From positions 10,067 through 74,066 of the IMG/VR virus record IMGVR_UViG_3300027973_000048: a DNA stretch of 64,000 nt. One strand, given 5' to 3'. Shown here one piece after another: positions 61,727 through 64,000 of the stretch. Position 1 is the first letter of the stretch. Each line of letters starts with the position of its first letter. Under the pieces are notes generated by a model. It was not told the origin of the DNA. It saw only the letters and a list, made by a program, of their open reading frames with translations, and made no database searches. The stretch comes from a virus. Both the position numbers and the translations under genes were made by a program.

Positions 61727-64000
61727 TTATGATAAGCCAGCTATCAATATTTGGAAATCAGTCCAAGTCTCCGAACTAGCTACCCAAGTTTGTAAATCAC
61801 TTAACAACACAGTACCTGCTGGCGCTGTTCCAGTAGCACCTTGGGCGCCGTCAGTTCCTTGAGTACCAACTCCAACTGGTCCTTGAGTACCAACTGTACC
61901 TTGCGGACCTTCATTACCTTGAGCACCGTAAAATCCTTGTAGTCCTTGGAATCCTGTTGTACCTTGAATGCCTTGGCGACCTTGAATACCCTGTGTACCA
62001 TCATTACCTTGGATACCAGTTATACCTTGTGTGCCTTGGCGACCTTGGACACCTTGCTGACCTTGTACACCTTGCGTACCCTGTGTACCTTGTGTACCTT
62101 GAATACCTTGCTGTCCCTGTGTACCCTGTGTACCCTGTGTACCTTGTACACCTTGCGTACCCTGTGTACCTTGTGTACCTTGAATACCTTGCTGTCCCTG
62201 TGTACCCTGTGTACCCTGTGTACCCTGTGTACCCTGTGTACCTTGTGTACCTTGTGTACCTTGAATACCTTGCTGTCCCTGTGTACCCTGTGTACCCTGT
62301 GTACCCTGTGTACCCTGTGTACCTTGTATACCTTGCTGACCTTGAATACCCTGACCACCTTGGATACCTTGTGTACCTTGGATACCTTGACCACCTTGAA
62401 TGCCTTGGATACCTTGAATACCCTGACCACCTTGGATACCTTGTGTACCTTGGATACCTTGACCACCTTGGATGCCTTGGATACCTTGAGTTCCTTGCGC
62501 GGACATCTGGCTCCAATATGTTGGAGAAGTGCTTGGCGCTTGACTTGTGCTATGCGCTAATATACATACATAAGATCCACTTAGATAGAATACAGCATCA
62601 TCAACAGCATAAGTTGTGCCGCCAACCCAAGCTCCTTTGTAGCTTAATCCTCTACCTTGAATACCCTGTTGACCTTGGATACCTTGACCGCCTTGGATGC
62701 CTTGAATGCCTTGAATGCCTTGGCCACCTTGAATACCTTGGATACCCTGTGTACCTTGGATACCTTGACCACCTTGAATGCCTTGGATACCTTGTTGACC
62801 TTGAATACCTTGACCACCTTGTATACCCTGTGTGCCTTGGATACCTTGACCACCTTGGATACCTTGGATACCTTGGATACCTTGACCACCTTGGATACCT
62901 TGGATACCTTGACCACCTTGGATACCTTGGATACCTTGGATACCTTGGCTAGACATTTTGTTCCAATAGGTAGTAGTTGCGTCACTTGGACGTATCCCGT
63001 TAAATCCACCTGATTGATAAACAGCAATCCAGCTCTGACCGTTTTCAAGTACTACATCATTTTGATAATAGGTAGTAATGTTGCTATAAGTACCTCTCCA
63101 AGTTATTCCAAAACCTTGGATACCTTGTATACCTTGACCACCTTGTATACCCTGTACACCTTGTAAACCTTGTAATCCCTGTAGGCCTTGTAGTCCTTGT
63201 ACACCTTGTACACCCTGTACACCTTGTACACCCTGTACGCCTTGTAATCCCTGTAGACCTTGGCGTCCTTGTACACCTTGTACGCCTTGTACACCTTGTA
63301 CACCTTGAATACCTTGTACACCTTGAGCTCCAAGTAGATCCCAATAAACATTAATTGTTGTAACTGGATTGTTGTTTAAGTTAGCATTTGCCAAACTCAA
63401 CCAAGTACTACCATTATATAATACAATATCGTTTGCTAGATATGATGTACTTGCACTCCAACTACCTGCCCACTTGAATCCAGATCCTTGAATACCTTGT
63501 ACACCTTGTACACCTTGTACACCTTGTACACCTTGTACACCTTGTACACCCTGTACACCTTGTACACCTTGTAAGCCTTGTACTCCCTGTACGCCCTGTA
63601 CACCCTGTACGCCCTGTAAGCCTTGTAATCCCTGTAGACCTTGGCGTCCTTGTACACCTTGTACACCTTGTACACCTTGTACGCCTTGTAGGCCTTGTAG
63701 GCCTTGAATACCTTGTTGAGTTAAACGTCCCCAATATGTAGTATTTGCATCACTTGGACGTTGACCTGTGAATGTCCCACTAGTAAATGGATATACTGCA
63801 ATCCAGCTACTACCATTTTCATATACAATGTCATTTTGCGTATATGCAAATGTGCTAGACCAAGTACCTTGCCATGTAACACTAAGACCTTGAATGCCCT
63901 GAACGCCTTGGACACCTTGTACACCTTGTAATCCCTGTAACCCTTGTAATCCCTGACGACCTTGTACGCCTTGGACACCTTGTACTCCCTGTACGCCCTG
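61727..64000 (-). CDS. Collagen-like (Gly-X-Gln)n fibre protein with CBM5/12-like modules; 5' end beyond window
   Basis: The frame stays open from 63400 to 64000 (...[33 protein letters not shown]...); four W.G.W....Y..ND.V..NG..W modules. Confidence 0.88.
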   Translation of the reverse strand, partial: QGVQGVQGVQGVQGRQGLQGLQGLQGVQGVQGVQGIQGLSVTWQGTWSSTFAYTQNDIVYENGSSWIAVYPFTSGTFTGQRPSDANTTYWGRLTQQGIQGLQGLQGVQGVQGVQGVQGRQGLQGLQGLQGVQGVQGVQGVQGLQGVQGVQGVQGVQGVQGVQGVQGVQGIQGSGFKWAGSWSASTSYLANDIVLYNGSTWLSLANANLNNNPVTTINVYWDLLGAQGVQGIQGVQGVQGVQGVQGRQGLQGLQGVQGVQGVQGVQGVQGLQGLQGLQGLQGVQGIQGGQGIQGIQGFGITWRGTYSNITTYYQNDVVLENGQSWIAVYQSGGFNGIRPSDATTTYWNKMSSQGIQGIQGIQGGQGIQGIQGGQGIQGIQGIQGGQGIQGTQGIQGGQGIQGQQGIQGIQGGQGIQGTQGIQGIQGGQGIQGIQGIQGGQGIQGQQGIQGRGLSYKGAWVGGTTYAVDDAVFYLSGSYVCILAHSTSQAPSTSPTYWSQMSAQGTQGIQGIQGGQGIQGTQGIQGGQGIQGIQGIQGGQGIQGTQGIQGGQGIQGQQGIQGTQGTQGTQGTQGTQGQQGIQGTQGTQGTQGTQGTQGTQGTQGQQGIQGTQGTQGTQGVQGTQGTQGTQGQQGIQGTQGTQGTQGVQGQQGVQGRQGTQGITGIQGNDGTQGIQGRQGIQGTTGFQGLQGFYGAQGNEGPQGTVGTQGPVGVGTQGTDGAQGATGTAPAGTVLLSDLQTWVASSETWTDFQILIAGLS

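Noticed and set aside
61801-63978. Many alternative-frame ORFs (YKVYKV, TRCTRC, LCTLCT, YPVYLV)
   Set aside because: These are shadow frames of the 9-bp collagen repeat.
61850-64000. Repeat array as possible CRISPR or DGR
   Set aside because: The units are contiguous 9-bp coding repeats without unique spacers; no cas or reverse transcriptase gene is present.
1-64000. Bacterial chromosome or prophage origin (folE, queE, thyX, recA-like, GTs)
   Set aside because: These genes are interleaved with T4-like replication and virion genes under phage late promoters; no integrase, att site or host housekeeping block is present.

Overview
A 64-kb AT-rich segment of a large, T4-like (contractile-tailed) lytic bacteriophage genome. 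It is densely coded in the standard genetic code; I saw no tRNA, rRNA, CRISPR array or integrase. Organisation: (1) 1-9.3 kb (+): low-complexity, probably head-packaged proteins with a shared N-terminal signal and many [ILVMF]-x-E sites. (2) 9.7-13.8 kb (+): family-B DNA polymerase and sliding clamp. (3) 13.8-26 kb (+): a 7-deazaguanine DNA-modification region (DpdA/TGT-fold protein, QueD-fold DpdL-like protein, FolE, QueE) interleaved with two sugar-type oxidoreductases, a GT-B glycosyltransferase, a PD-(D/E)XK nuclease, cupin, HIT, MazG, a CDGSH-like protein and three methyltransferases. (4) 26-33.4 kb (+): RNase H/5'-3' exonuclease, a MoxR-AAA/VWA pair and ThyX. (5) 33.4-53.2 kb (-): a glycosyltransferase block, UvsY/UvsX/gp32, terminase, head completion, tail tube, an enlarged sheath, dNMP kinase and a neck protein. 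(6) 53.2-56.5 kb (+): neck, tail terminator and NUDIX. (7) 56.5-64 kb (-): a second glyco-modification block, a fibre protein and a collagen-like fibre that runs off the window. The two strongest candidates for undescribed biology are a clamp-tethered, possibly sugar-hypermodified 7-deazaguanine DNA system with a co-encoded nuclease, and a set of capsid-targeted polyproteins that appear built to be cut by the prohead protease into many small peptides. All functional calls rest on motifs read by eye; no database search was run.
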